The notes beneath the pieces were generated by a model. The model was not told where the DNA came from. It ran no database searches and saw only the letters and a list, made by a program, of their open reading frames with translations. A stretch of DNA of 42,579 nt, taken from IMG/VR virus record IMGVR_UViG_3300030372_003754, positions 1 to 42,579 of that record; one strand, given 5' to 3'. Position 1 is the first letter of the stretch. The number at the start of each line of letters is the position of its first letter. Shown piece after piece: positions 1-7,154 of the stretch. This DNA comes from a virus (taxonomy: Duplodnaviria > Caudoviricetes). The position numbers were made by a program, and so were the translations under genes.

Positions 1-1
1 G

Positions 2-202
2 TACTCCTCCGTGCGCTGGTTGACTAAGGACCAGTTCACCATGCTGACCAAAGGCGCCGAGCCTGCTGCTCCTGCAGCGGTCAAGAAGAAAGCTGCACCT
101 GCACCTGCACCCGAGCCAAAGGTAGAAGCCGCACCCGAGCCTATCGTTGAGGCTGCACCTGAAGCAGACGAAGCGGACCCACTCGGCTTCCTCACCCTGT
201 AA
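2..202 (+). CDS. 3' end of a gene truncated by the window edge; probable single-stranded DNA-binding protein
   Basis: Frame is open from position 2. A Pro/Ala/Lys-rich linker is followed by an acidic-hydrophobic end (EADEADPLGFLTL), like SSB tails. It lies immediately upstream of the DNA polymerase. Confidence 0.45.
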   Translation, partial: YSSVRWLTKDQFTMLTKGAEPAAPAAVKKKAAPAPAPEPKVEAAPEPIVEAAPEADEADPLGFLTL

Positions 203-211
203 CTTTCTGGT

Positions 212-268
212 GGAGGTCCTGCGTAACTGGGTAACTGGTTGCTGCCAAGCGGGGCCTCCCCTTTCTTT
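212..268 (+). terminator. Intergenic stem-loop, possible intrinsic terminator/attenuator before the polymerase
   Basis: GGAGGTCCTGC (212-222) pairs with GCGGGGCCTCC (249-259), 11 bp with 2 G-U, followed by CCTTTCTTT. Confidence 0.5.
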
Positions 269-278
269 AAGGACAAGT

Positions 279-2732
279 ATGAAACCTCGATGTGATGAAT
301 GCCCCCTTGCTGCCTACTGGAGCGAGCGGGGTGAATGGACCCCTGTCCCTAGCGAACTGCATAAGACCAGTACGCTGATTGTAGGTGAGTTCCCCAGCAA
401 GCAGGACACCACGTATGGTCGTCCCTTCGCTGGCAACAACGGGGTGGAATTACTTGAAGCACTGGCCCAGGTGGGACGCAAACGAAAGGATGTGTCCTGG
501 ACAAACGTCTGTGCCTGTCGCTTCCCTGATGATAAGCCGGATGACTTCTTAGCTTCATTGCGTAAGACCAACCGGAACCGCAAGCGCACGGGTAAGGACA
601 TAATCCCTACGCCCATGGAGTGCTGTCGCCCACGCTTTCAGCACGAGCTTGACAATCATCAGAACATTATCACACTGGGCTCCCTTGCTGCGAAGGCAGT
701 GTTGCCTGGTAACCCTAGCCTTGGTTCGATCCGTGGTGGTCCAACCGTCTCGGATACCAAGAAAGTTCTCCCAGTCCACGATGCTTCGTTCATCACCTAT
801 CGCCCCGAGTGGCGTGACATCTTCCGTCGAGACATTGCCAAAGCCTTCCGATACTTTGAAGACAAACTAAACTGGGTCAGCCCTCGCACTTTCATGGAGC
901 CGACACCCGAGCAGTTGCTAGACTTCTTAGAAAAGTGTCACCGGGATAAGGTGCCTGTCGCCTACGATGTAGAGACGGATAGTATCGAGGCGATGACGGC
1001 TGGTCTACGTTGCATCGGGATTGGGACACCAGACACGGTGTACATCGTACCGTTCCTCACCATAGGTGGCGAGGCGAAGTTCTACACGGGGGAAGTCCTC
1101 GACCAGATGCGCTCGGTCCTCAAGTGGTTCTTCAGTGCTACTGACCTCCTCAAGGTGGGTCACAACGCCGGTTACTACGATCGTATTGTTATCGAACAAC
1201 ATTTTCAGGTTACTCCTACACCCTTGCTGGACACTATTCTATTACACAAGCTAGCGCGAAGCGAGTACCCCCATGGTCTAGCTCACATTGGTTCCGTCGA
1301 AACTGACGTACCTGCTTGGAAGTCTGAGCACACGGCGACCACCGCCCAGACTGATGTGGAACTCTGGCGCTACTGTGCGACTGACGTAGCTGTAACCGCC
1401 CGCATTGCTAACGTCCTGGGCTCTCAAGCTAAGGAGCGCAGCCAGATTAAACTCTATGGTACCGACGCCAAGCTGCAGAACATGTGCGTTGGTATGCACC
1501 GCATGGGTGTTCGCGTAGACGAAGAGCGCCGACTGCAGCACGAGACCACGCTAGCTCGTGAGCAAGCCCAGCAGCTAGAGATTCTGCTGACCGAAGTGGG
1601 AGAGAACTTTAACCCGAACAGTCACAACCAGGTACGCCGCCTGCTCTTCGAGAAGTGGGCTCTCCCTGCCAACAGCTTCACCGGGACAGGTGAGCCGAGT
1701 ACGGATGGCGCCACCCTACGTTGGTTGATCGCTAACCCTATCCTTGAAGACTACCAGAAGCCTGTGGTTGAAGCCCTACGTAAGTACCGGAAGGTCACTA
1801 AGCTGCTCGATACCTACGTGCGTAAGCTCTCCCCCGAGGGTGGGTGGGTAGATACCGAAGGCTTTGTGTACCCTGACTACAATGTTCACGGTACCGTGAG
1901 TGGTCGCTTCTCTAGCTCGAACCCTAACTTCCAGAACATCCCCTATTCATTACGCAACATCTTCGTCCCTGCTCCAGGCATGACATTCGTAGGCGCCGAT
2001 TTCGACCAGCTTGAACTCCGCTTTGCCTCCGCGCTATCGGGTGCAACCCACTACTTAGATGCGTTCGAGAAGAGGGTCATCGACCCACACAACCTCACGG
2101 GCGACATGATGTTCGGCGACAAGTTCTGGGAGACAGAGGGTGCGCCTAAGACCAAGATTCAAAAGGGTAGTGGTCAGTTCAAGAAGCTGCGTGACTTGGC
2201 CAAGACCATCTGCTTCGCGTCATTGTACGGGGCGTCTGCTCCCAAGGTGCATGAGATTCTAATGCAAGCAGAGGATAAGGAGGGGAACCTCCTCTACTCT
2301 CACTATGGGATACGCGAGGTGCGTGCCCTCCACCGCCGATGGCTCCGGGCTGCACCCCAGTTCCAAGCGTGGTGGGAACAACAGCTTAGCTTTTGGCGGC
2401 AGCACGGGTTTGTGCAAGAGCCTGTACTCGGGCGCCGTCGTTACTTTTGGGAAGAGGACTTCAATGCTATCGTTAACTTCCCGGTTCAAGCCGGGGGATT
2501 TAGCATCGTAGCGTTGGGGATGCTCGACCTGATTAAAGAGATTCCGTTCGAGTTTACCCGCCGGATAGGAATTGTAAACCAACTGCACGATGCGGTATTA
2601 CTTCAGGTACCAGAAGCTCGTGCTCATGACACCCAGCGTATCATCACTCAATGCTTAACCCGTAAGCTAGACGGACTACCCGTCACGTTTACAGCCGAGG
2701 CTCACATTGGTGATTCATGGGATCAAGTCTAG
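279..2732 (+). CDS. polA: Family A DNA polymerase with N-terminal family-4 UDG-like domain and 3'-5' exonuclease
   Basis: Start ATG 279 after AAGGA (the 147 start overlaps the upstream gene and hairpin). UDG part: CDECPL, IVGEFP, GRPFAG, TNVCACR, ITLG, H. Exonuclease: YDVET, HNAGYYD, YCATD. Polymerase: GRFSSSNPNFQNIP, ADFDQLELR (motif A), RDLAKTICFASLYG (B), QLHDAV (C). Confidence 0.96.
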   Translation: MKPRCDECPLAAYWSERGEWTPVPSELHKTSTLIVGEFPSKQDTTYGRPFAGNNGVELLEALAQVGRKRKDVSWTNVCACRFPDDKPDDFLASLRKTNRNRKRTGKDIIPTPMECCRPRFQHELDNHQNIITLGSLAAKAVLPGNPSLGSIRGGPTVSDTKKVLPVHDASFITYRPEWRDIFRRDIAKAFRYFEDKLNWVSPRTFMEPTPEQLLDFLEKCHRDKVPVAYDVETDSIEAMTAGLRCIGIGTPDTVYIVPFLTIGGEAKFYTGEVLDQMRSVLKWFFSATDLLKVGHNAGYYDRIVIEQHFQVTPTPLLDTILLHKLARSEYPHGLAHIGSVETDVPAWKSEHTATTAQTDVELWRYCATDVAVTARIANVLGSQAKERSQIKLYGTDAKLQNMCVGMHRMGVRVDEERRLQHETTLAREQAQQLEILLTEVGENFNPNSHNQVRRLLFEKWALPANSFTGTGEPSTDGATLRWLIANPILEDYQKPVVEALRKYRKVTKLLDTYVRKLSPEGGWVDTEGFVYPDYNVHGTVSGRFSSSNPNFQNIPYSLRNIFVPAPGMTFVGADFDQLELRFASALSGATHYLDAFEKRVIDPHNLTGDMMFGDKFWETEGAPKTKIQKGSGQFKKLRDLAKTICFASLYGASAPKVHEILMQAEDKEGNLLYSHYGIREVRALHRRWLRAAPQFQAWWEQQLSFWRQHGFVQEPVLGRRRYFWEEDFNAIVNFPVQAGGFSIVALGMLDLIKEIPFEFTRRIGIVNQLHDAVLLQVPEARAHDTQRIITQCLTRKLDGLPVTFTAEAHIGDSWDQV

Positions 2733-2741
2733 GAGAAACAA

Positions 2742-4025
2742 ATGTCTGTTCCACACATTACAAGTATACATACCAACGTTAAGTTCCCGAACTCACTGGT
2801 CATCAAGAACCTTGAACCACACCTGTTCATCACAGGGGACAACGGTACGGGCAAGACTGCCCTCATCAATGCCATCGAGCTAGCCCTCCTCGGAGAGGCC
2901 CATGACCTGGGTGGCCGAGACAAGGCCCGCTCTACTGCTATCTTGTCCCAACTTATCCCACCTGGCGAGACCAGTCTCTTCAGCTATGTCACTCTTAGTG
3001 ATGGCACTGAAGCTAGCTGGGTCTTCGAAGAAGGTAAGCGCCCTGTCCACAATGCTCCGGACAAGCCCGTGAACTTCTTGATCCCCGAGATCTTGTCCGC
3101 CCTGGCTGGGTCCAAGCTCGTGACTGCGCGCTTCCTACTTAAATACTTTGGGCTAGGCGCACAGCGTGCCGAGTTCATGACTCTGCTCGATGATGAAGAG
3201 AAGGTCCGCAAGCAGACAAACTCTTGGCGCTCCGAAGTCAAGACCCTCAAGACAGCCCTGGACGTTCTGGGCGCCTCTGCTACAGAAGCGGCGGCATACT
3301 CGGATAAGGTAACTCAACTCCAAGCTATGCAAACATTGCTTCGCCTGCAGGTAGACAAAGCTTTTTCCAAGTGTGGTGTGTGCGGACAGGACGCGGACCT
3401 TGCCGTGTTCGGGGCACGTCTCGCTAAGATTGAAGCAGCCCTTGCCAAGCTGGATGCAGGCAACGCACCAGCCCAGGTGGGTGGTTTACAGCAGGCTTTA
3501 GCTGAAGCCGAGCGTCACCTAAGCCTAGCCTCCACCAAGATGAAGGCCCTCCAAGCAGAGCTTATTAGCCACGCTGCAGAGACTGCTCGGAACTTCTTCC
3601 AAGTTCCTGTCAGTGATAAGCTAAGTCGCGCTGTGGGTGTACTCGAAACCAAGAGCAACTTCCTCGTGGGCTTTCTTGTTATCGATGAGAACACAGGGGA
3701 GCAAATGATTCAATCCCTGGTGTCTGGTGCTGAACTCACCAAGCTAGCCATGGGCATAGCTCGCGTCATCATCGACATTCCTTATCCCGAAGACCACAAC
3801 CCTGTAGGTATCCCAATGCTGATTACCCCTGACCGTGGGCTGGATACCCGTACCCTTAAAGAGTTGCTGTTAACGCTCCGAGAGATTGATGCGACCACCA
3901 TCATCCAAAGCCCTACACAACCTCGGGGTCGTCCGACAGCCGGGTGGACTCGTGTTATAATGCACGCAGATCACATCGAGGTAAATCGAGATGGCGTACA
4001 AGAAATCCAAAGCAGTGTCGGATAA
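2742..4025 (+). CDS. Rad50/SbcC (SMC-like) ABC ATPase, short and partly degenerate
   Basis: Walker A GDNGTGKT near the N-terminus, coiled coils around a CGVCG zinc-hook-like motif, signature-like VSGAE, D-loop-like RGLD. RBS AGGAG. Confidence 0.75.
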   Translation: MSVPHITSIHTNVKFPNSLVIKNLEPHLFITGDNGTGKTALINAIELALLGEAHDLGGRDKARSTAILSQLIPPGETSLFSYVTLSDGTEASWVFEEGKRPVHNAPDKPVNFLIPEILSALAGSKLVTARFLLKYFGLGAQRAEFMTLLDDEEKVRKQTNSWRSEVKTLKTALDVLGASATEAAAYSDKVTQLQAMQTLLRLQVDKAFSKCGVCGQDADLAVFGARLAKIEAALAKLDAGNAPAQVGGLQQALAEAERHLSLASTKMKALQAELISHAAETARNFFQVPVSDKLSRAVGVLETKSNFLVGFLVIDENTGEQMIQSLVSGAELTKLAMGIARVIIDIPYPEDHNPVGIPMLITPDRGLDTRTLKELLLTLREIDATTIIQSPTQPRGRPTAGWTRVIMHADHIEVNRDGVQEIQSSVG

Positions 4026-4134
4026 AATTCGTAAGCTAAGTAAGGAAGGCTACAAGCAAAAGCAAGCTGTAGCCATTGCCTTAAACATGAAACGCAAGGG
4101 CAAGATTGGACCGAGGGGTGGCTACAAGAAGTAG
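3991..4134 (+). CDS. 47-aa basic phage protein (absent from ORF track)
   Basis: MAYKKSKAVSDKIRKLSKEGYKQKQAVAIALNMKRKGKIGPRGGYKK. GAGGT lies 8 nt upstream. The KQAVAIA motif recurs in small phage proteins. Confidence 0.75.
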   Translation: MAYKKSKAVSDKIRKLSKEGYKQKQAVAIALNMKRKGKIGPRGGYKK

Positions 4135-4644
4135 CTACCTCGCTAGAAAGTCTCGGGCGAGCATCATACCCACGCCTAGCTCTACGTAGTCTCGCATTGA
4201 AGAGCGCTTAAGGTTAACGCCCAGGAGACTGCAGGCGCACAACTCAAAGGCCTTGCCCCAAGCATCTGTTTCCCATTTGTGGTGTAGCGCTTCTAAGTAA
4301 AGTTCGATTAGAGGTTTAGCTACCCACCGCTTGCGTTTACCTTGAGCAACCCGGACACCTGCATCCGAGTTGAGTGAACTGATAGCGTAGCGTAGCTGGT
4401 CTTCCAGCCCCGGTAATGTAGCTAGCGGATCACGTCGGTAGTAGTTAAGTGTCTGGGTCCCGTTGAGCAGATGGACTACTAGCTTGGGAGCGTGGTACTC
4501 CATGAACATACCCCCGAGTAACTGGTGGGGACTGGACTCTTCTTTTAGGGTTTCAGCCCAGACACAGAAGTCTTCCCAAGAGATAGTTTCTTGGCTCGAC
4601 GCAGAGAAAATGCTCTCGGCTTTTTCCAGCACCTTACTCCTCAC
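4135..4644 (-). CDS. Hypothetical protein, last gene of the - strand block
   Basis: 169-aa ORF packed against the upstream gene. The start may be GTG 4632 after GAGGAG. No motif recognised. Confidence 0.65.
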   Translation of the reverse strand: MRSKVLEKAESIFSASSQETISWEDFCVWAETLKEESSPHQLLGGMFMEYHAPKLVVHLLNGTQTLNYYRRDPLATLPGLEDQLRYAISSLNSDAGVRVAQGKRKRWVAKPLIELYLEALHHKWETDAWGKAFELCACSLLGVNLKRSSMRDYVELGVGMMLARDFLAR

Positions 4645-5080
4645 TTTCAGCAGGAGTCACAATGATGGGATGAGCCGCCACGGGAGCTTTCGTTTTAGTA
4701 GGTACAGGGATGGGGGTGCCCACAATTGCGGCCATTTCCTGAACATCCGCCACCCGAGTACCCATTAGCGACAGAAGTATCGCCAATATGATTACGATGG
4801 TTTGAGGGTTAACCAGACTTCGCAGCCACTGGGCGTGCGCTGCCGCAGCTTCTTTTTCTTGAAGCTCCCGTCGTTCCCGGTATTCCTTAGCTTCTTTGTC
4901 TTTTTCTTCTAACAAATCCATCATACGAATTTGTTGCGTAGCTAAGACACCGTGCCGTTCCTCGGCTCGTTCAGCCTGGTTATCCAACTGGTAGGTAATC
5001 TTTGATACATCTATTTTAAGAGTAGACACATCTGTCTCCAGGCTAGTAATACGACGTTCGTGATTATCAAGCTCGCTCAT
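4634..5080 (-). CDS. Coiled-coil membrane protein, holin/XhlA-like lysis accessory
   Basis: Start MSELDNHERR overlaps the upstream stop (ATGA). N-terminal coiled coil and one hydrophobic segment (TIVIILAILLSLMG). Adjacent to the putative endolysin. Confidence 0.6.
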   Translation of the reverse strand: MSELDNHERRITSLETDVSTLKIDVSKITYQLDNQAERAEERHGVLATQQIRMMDLLEEKDKEAKEYRERRELQEKEAAAAHAQWLRSLVNPQTIVIILAILLSLMGTRVADVQEMAAIVGTPIPVPTKTKAPVAAHPIIVTPAESEE

Positions 5081-5661
5081 AACTCGTGTCCCTCTAACAA
5101 AGTGTACGTGAAAGTTTCTCCAAAGTAAAAACAAGAACGCCGCACAAGAGCTAGGAGTTCAGCAAAGTCATAGGCGTTCGCGAGAACTTGGCAACCTGCC
5201 GACCAGCGATGAACATTTTCTGATTCCCCAATCGCCGACGCACGGTGGATATTCAACCCATACAGCCCCGTCTCGGTAACTCCTGTCCAATCCAGAGTAC
5301 CGTCTTTATTAGAATCACGCCAGACTGTAACGGGTTTTGTCTGCACAATGGCTTCGTAACCTTTGTGCGTTCCCATTCGGTACGCCCCTCGGTACTGTCC
5401 TGGCACCATAATAGCAGTCCCCTTCACATTAAGAGGGTTCTCCCTATAGTACAGGCCGGGGTCCGTAGTGCAGAGCCATCGACGGAAAGTCCATTGGCCA
5501 CCCTCATCGCACCAACTGCACGTCAGCCAGTCATTGAACTTGTTTGAATGTTGATCTGGGTGACGGATACCTACGAGGTTAATCGACTCGGGTTTAACGA
5601 ACCAAGCATATCCCTTTCGGATCATGGCATCTTGAACTAAAGTTAATGTGGGTGCATTCAT
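5077..5661 (-). CDS. Putative endolysin with YkuD/L,D-transpeptidase-like catalytic motif
   Basis: NIHRASAIGESENVHRWSAGCQV fits H-x14-S-x-G-C. Also NLVGIR, TTDPG, PGQY. No signal peptide. Located at the end of the late block. Confidence 0.65.
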   Translation of the reverse strand: MNAPTLTLVQDAMIRKGYAWFVKPESINLVGIRHPDQHSNKFNDWLTCSWCDEGGQWTFRRWLCTTDPGLYYRENPLNVKGTAIMVPGQYRGAYRMGTHKGYEAIVQTKPVTVWRDSNKDGTLDWTGVTETGLYGLNIHRASAIGESENVHRWSAGCQVLANAYDFAELLALVRRSCFYFGETFTYTLLEGHEL

Positions 5662-5999
5662 TAGGATTTTCCGTAAGTTTTGGCGCGCAACCCTAGTGAC
5701 TTTCGTCGCTGGGCTGCAGCTTTTTGTGCGGTGCTTAGCTCTGAACGAGTCTTCGGTGTCTTCTTACTTACCTTCTTAGTCGGGCGACAGTAGCCTTTGC
5801 CCTTGGGGTCATCACCACAGTCTTTACCTCGTTCGTTTTTCCAGTCTTCTTTTTCCCAGCGCTTTAAGCTGGCTCCGGCTTTACCCTTACGGACTTGACC
5901 CTTTTTCTTGCGACACTTAGCTAAGGCTTGGCTAGCCCGAGCAGAGGGAAAAGTCTTGTACCGACTCTTCACGCTGTAGTAACAAGAGTCTTTAGCCAT
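5661..5999 (-). CDS. Small highly basic phage protein
   Basis: TAATG coupling at both ends. Lys/Arg-rich with KRWEKEDW and CRPTKKVSKKTPKT motifs. Confidence 0.75.
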   Translation of the reverse strand: MAKDSCYYSVKSRYKTFPSARASQALAKCRKKKGQVRKGKAGASLKRWEKEDWKNERGKDCGDDPKGKGYCRPTKKVSKKTPKTRSELSTAQKAAAQRRKSLGLRAKTYGKS

Positions 6000-6298
6000 T
6001 ACCATTTCACCTTATCAGCCCAGTATGCTGCGGAAGACTTACCCTTGGCGATGTTTTTACCGTGACGGGATTTAAAGCTGTCTCGTTTTTGTTCCATCTT
6101 TTTAGACTCACCCGACTTGGGTTTGCCCGCCGTCTTAGCCCCTTGCTCGCCGAACCGTATCACACCCTCTTTACTGCCTTCTTTAAAGTAGACAACGTGG
6201 GACTTCTTCGCGTGTCCCGGAGTTCGCTTAGGTTGGTTGACCCCTTTCAAACCGAGGCGTTTTAACACAGCCTTCCGTCGAGCATTCTTTATGGGCAT
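5999..6298 (-). CDS. Small highly basic phage protein (IRFG...SFKSRH...SAAYW type)
   Basis: TAATG coupling. The motif set VIRFGEQG / RDSFKSRH / SAAYWADKVKW is familiar from small viral basic proteins. Confidence 0.8.
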   Translation of the reverse strand: MPIKNARRKAVLKRLGLKGVNQPKRTPGHAKKSHVVYFKEGSKEGVIRFGEQGAKTAGKPKSGESKKMEQKRDSFKSRHGKNIAKGKSSAAYWADKVKW

Positions 6299-6681
6299 TA
6301 CTCCCCCAGCTTTCCTGCTTCGCGCAGCCGGTCATAGACCTTTTGCACTAAAGGTTCCAGGGCACTACGTGCAATGGCTTGCAGCAAAATACCATCCACC
6401 ACCTCAAGAGGTAGACTCAACCAAGAGGGGAGCCCGTGCCACTTGAGAAAGCTATCAGCCTGGGCGGCAAGCTCATCCAGAACTTCCTGCATCTTCTCTT
6501 CACCAGGAATAGCATCTGCCGCAATGTCTAGGATAAGGTCTTCAGCTAGGGGCTCTAGTACCTCAAGCTTAATACCTAAGAAAGGACCACGCTCTTCTTT
6601 ACGCTTAGCCCGACGCTCTGCCCGGAGAGCTTTGCGCTCCTCTTTCCCCAGACTCTTACGCTCTTCTTTACTTAATAGCAT
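6298..6681 (-). CDS. Hypothetical protein with Arg/Lys/Glu-rich N-terminal helix; remainder weakly LL-H-holin-like
   Basis: RBS AAGGAG. KEERKSLGKEERKALRAERRAKRKEER is followed by amphipathic helices containing GEEKMQEVL. Confidence 0.6.
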   Translation of the reverse strand: MLLSKEERKSLGKEERKALRAERRAKRKEERGPFLGIKLEVLEPLAEDLILDIAADAIPGEEKMQEVLDELAAQADSFLKWHGLPSWLSLPLEVVDGILLQAIARSALEPLVQKVYDRLREAGKLGE

Positions 6682-6690
6682 CGTAGCTCC

Positions 6691-7086
6691 TTATAAAACT
6701 TTTGTTGCGGCACGGACGTCGTTAAGAACAATGGGATCATCGGGGGTAATTTCAAGTAACATCCCTTCAATAGCGTTCTTTTTTAGTACGGAGACTTCTT
6801 CTTGTAGGCGCTCTTGAGCTTGTTCTTGTGCTACTTCACACGCTTTTTTAAAAAGGTCTGCGTGTTGTTTGATCTCTTCCCGCTCTTCAAACGCTCGAAT
6901 GGTAACGTTCTCGTGAGTAAAAACAAGCGGAAGAATCCCTTGTTCAGTAACTTCACCAAAGTCTGCCTTTAATTTTAATAGTTCGTTGCAAGCCTCTTCC
7001 CCTGTGAAGTCAATACGGCAAGCAGTTGTAGCCGGGATAGTGAGACAGACACTATCGGCAGCAGGGATAACAGATAAGTTAGGCAT
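6691..7086 (-). CDS. Hypothetical protein (possible fibre-associated chaperone)
   Basis: 131-aa ORF with AAGGAG RBS, directly after the fibre gene. Function is inferred from position only. Confidence 0.6.
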   Translation of the reverse strand: MPNLSVIPAADSVCLTIPATTACRIDFTGEEACNELLKLKADFGEVTEQGILPLVFTHENVTIRAFEEREEIKQHADLFKKACEVAQEQAQERLQEEVSVLKKNAIEGMLLEITPDDPIVLNDVRAATKVL

Positions 7087-7105
7087 AAAACACTCCTTGT
7101 AATGT

Positions 7106-7139
7106 GTAATATACCCCTACCACCCGAAGGCAGTAGGGG
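7106..7139 (-). terminator. Stem-loop with cUUCGg tetraloop after the fibre gene
   Basis: On - strand: CCCCTACTGCC-TTCG-GGTGGTAGGGG (11 bp, 2 G-U), then TATATTAC (weak U tract). Confidence 0.7.
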
Positions 7140-7154
7140 CAAAGTTGTCTAAGC

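Noticed and set aside
147-278. 44-aa N-terminal extension of the polymerase ORF
   Set aside because: It overlaps the upstream gene and the hairpin. ATG 279 has an RBS and coincides with the start of the UDG-like domain.
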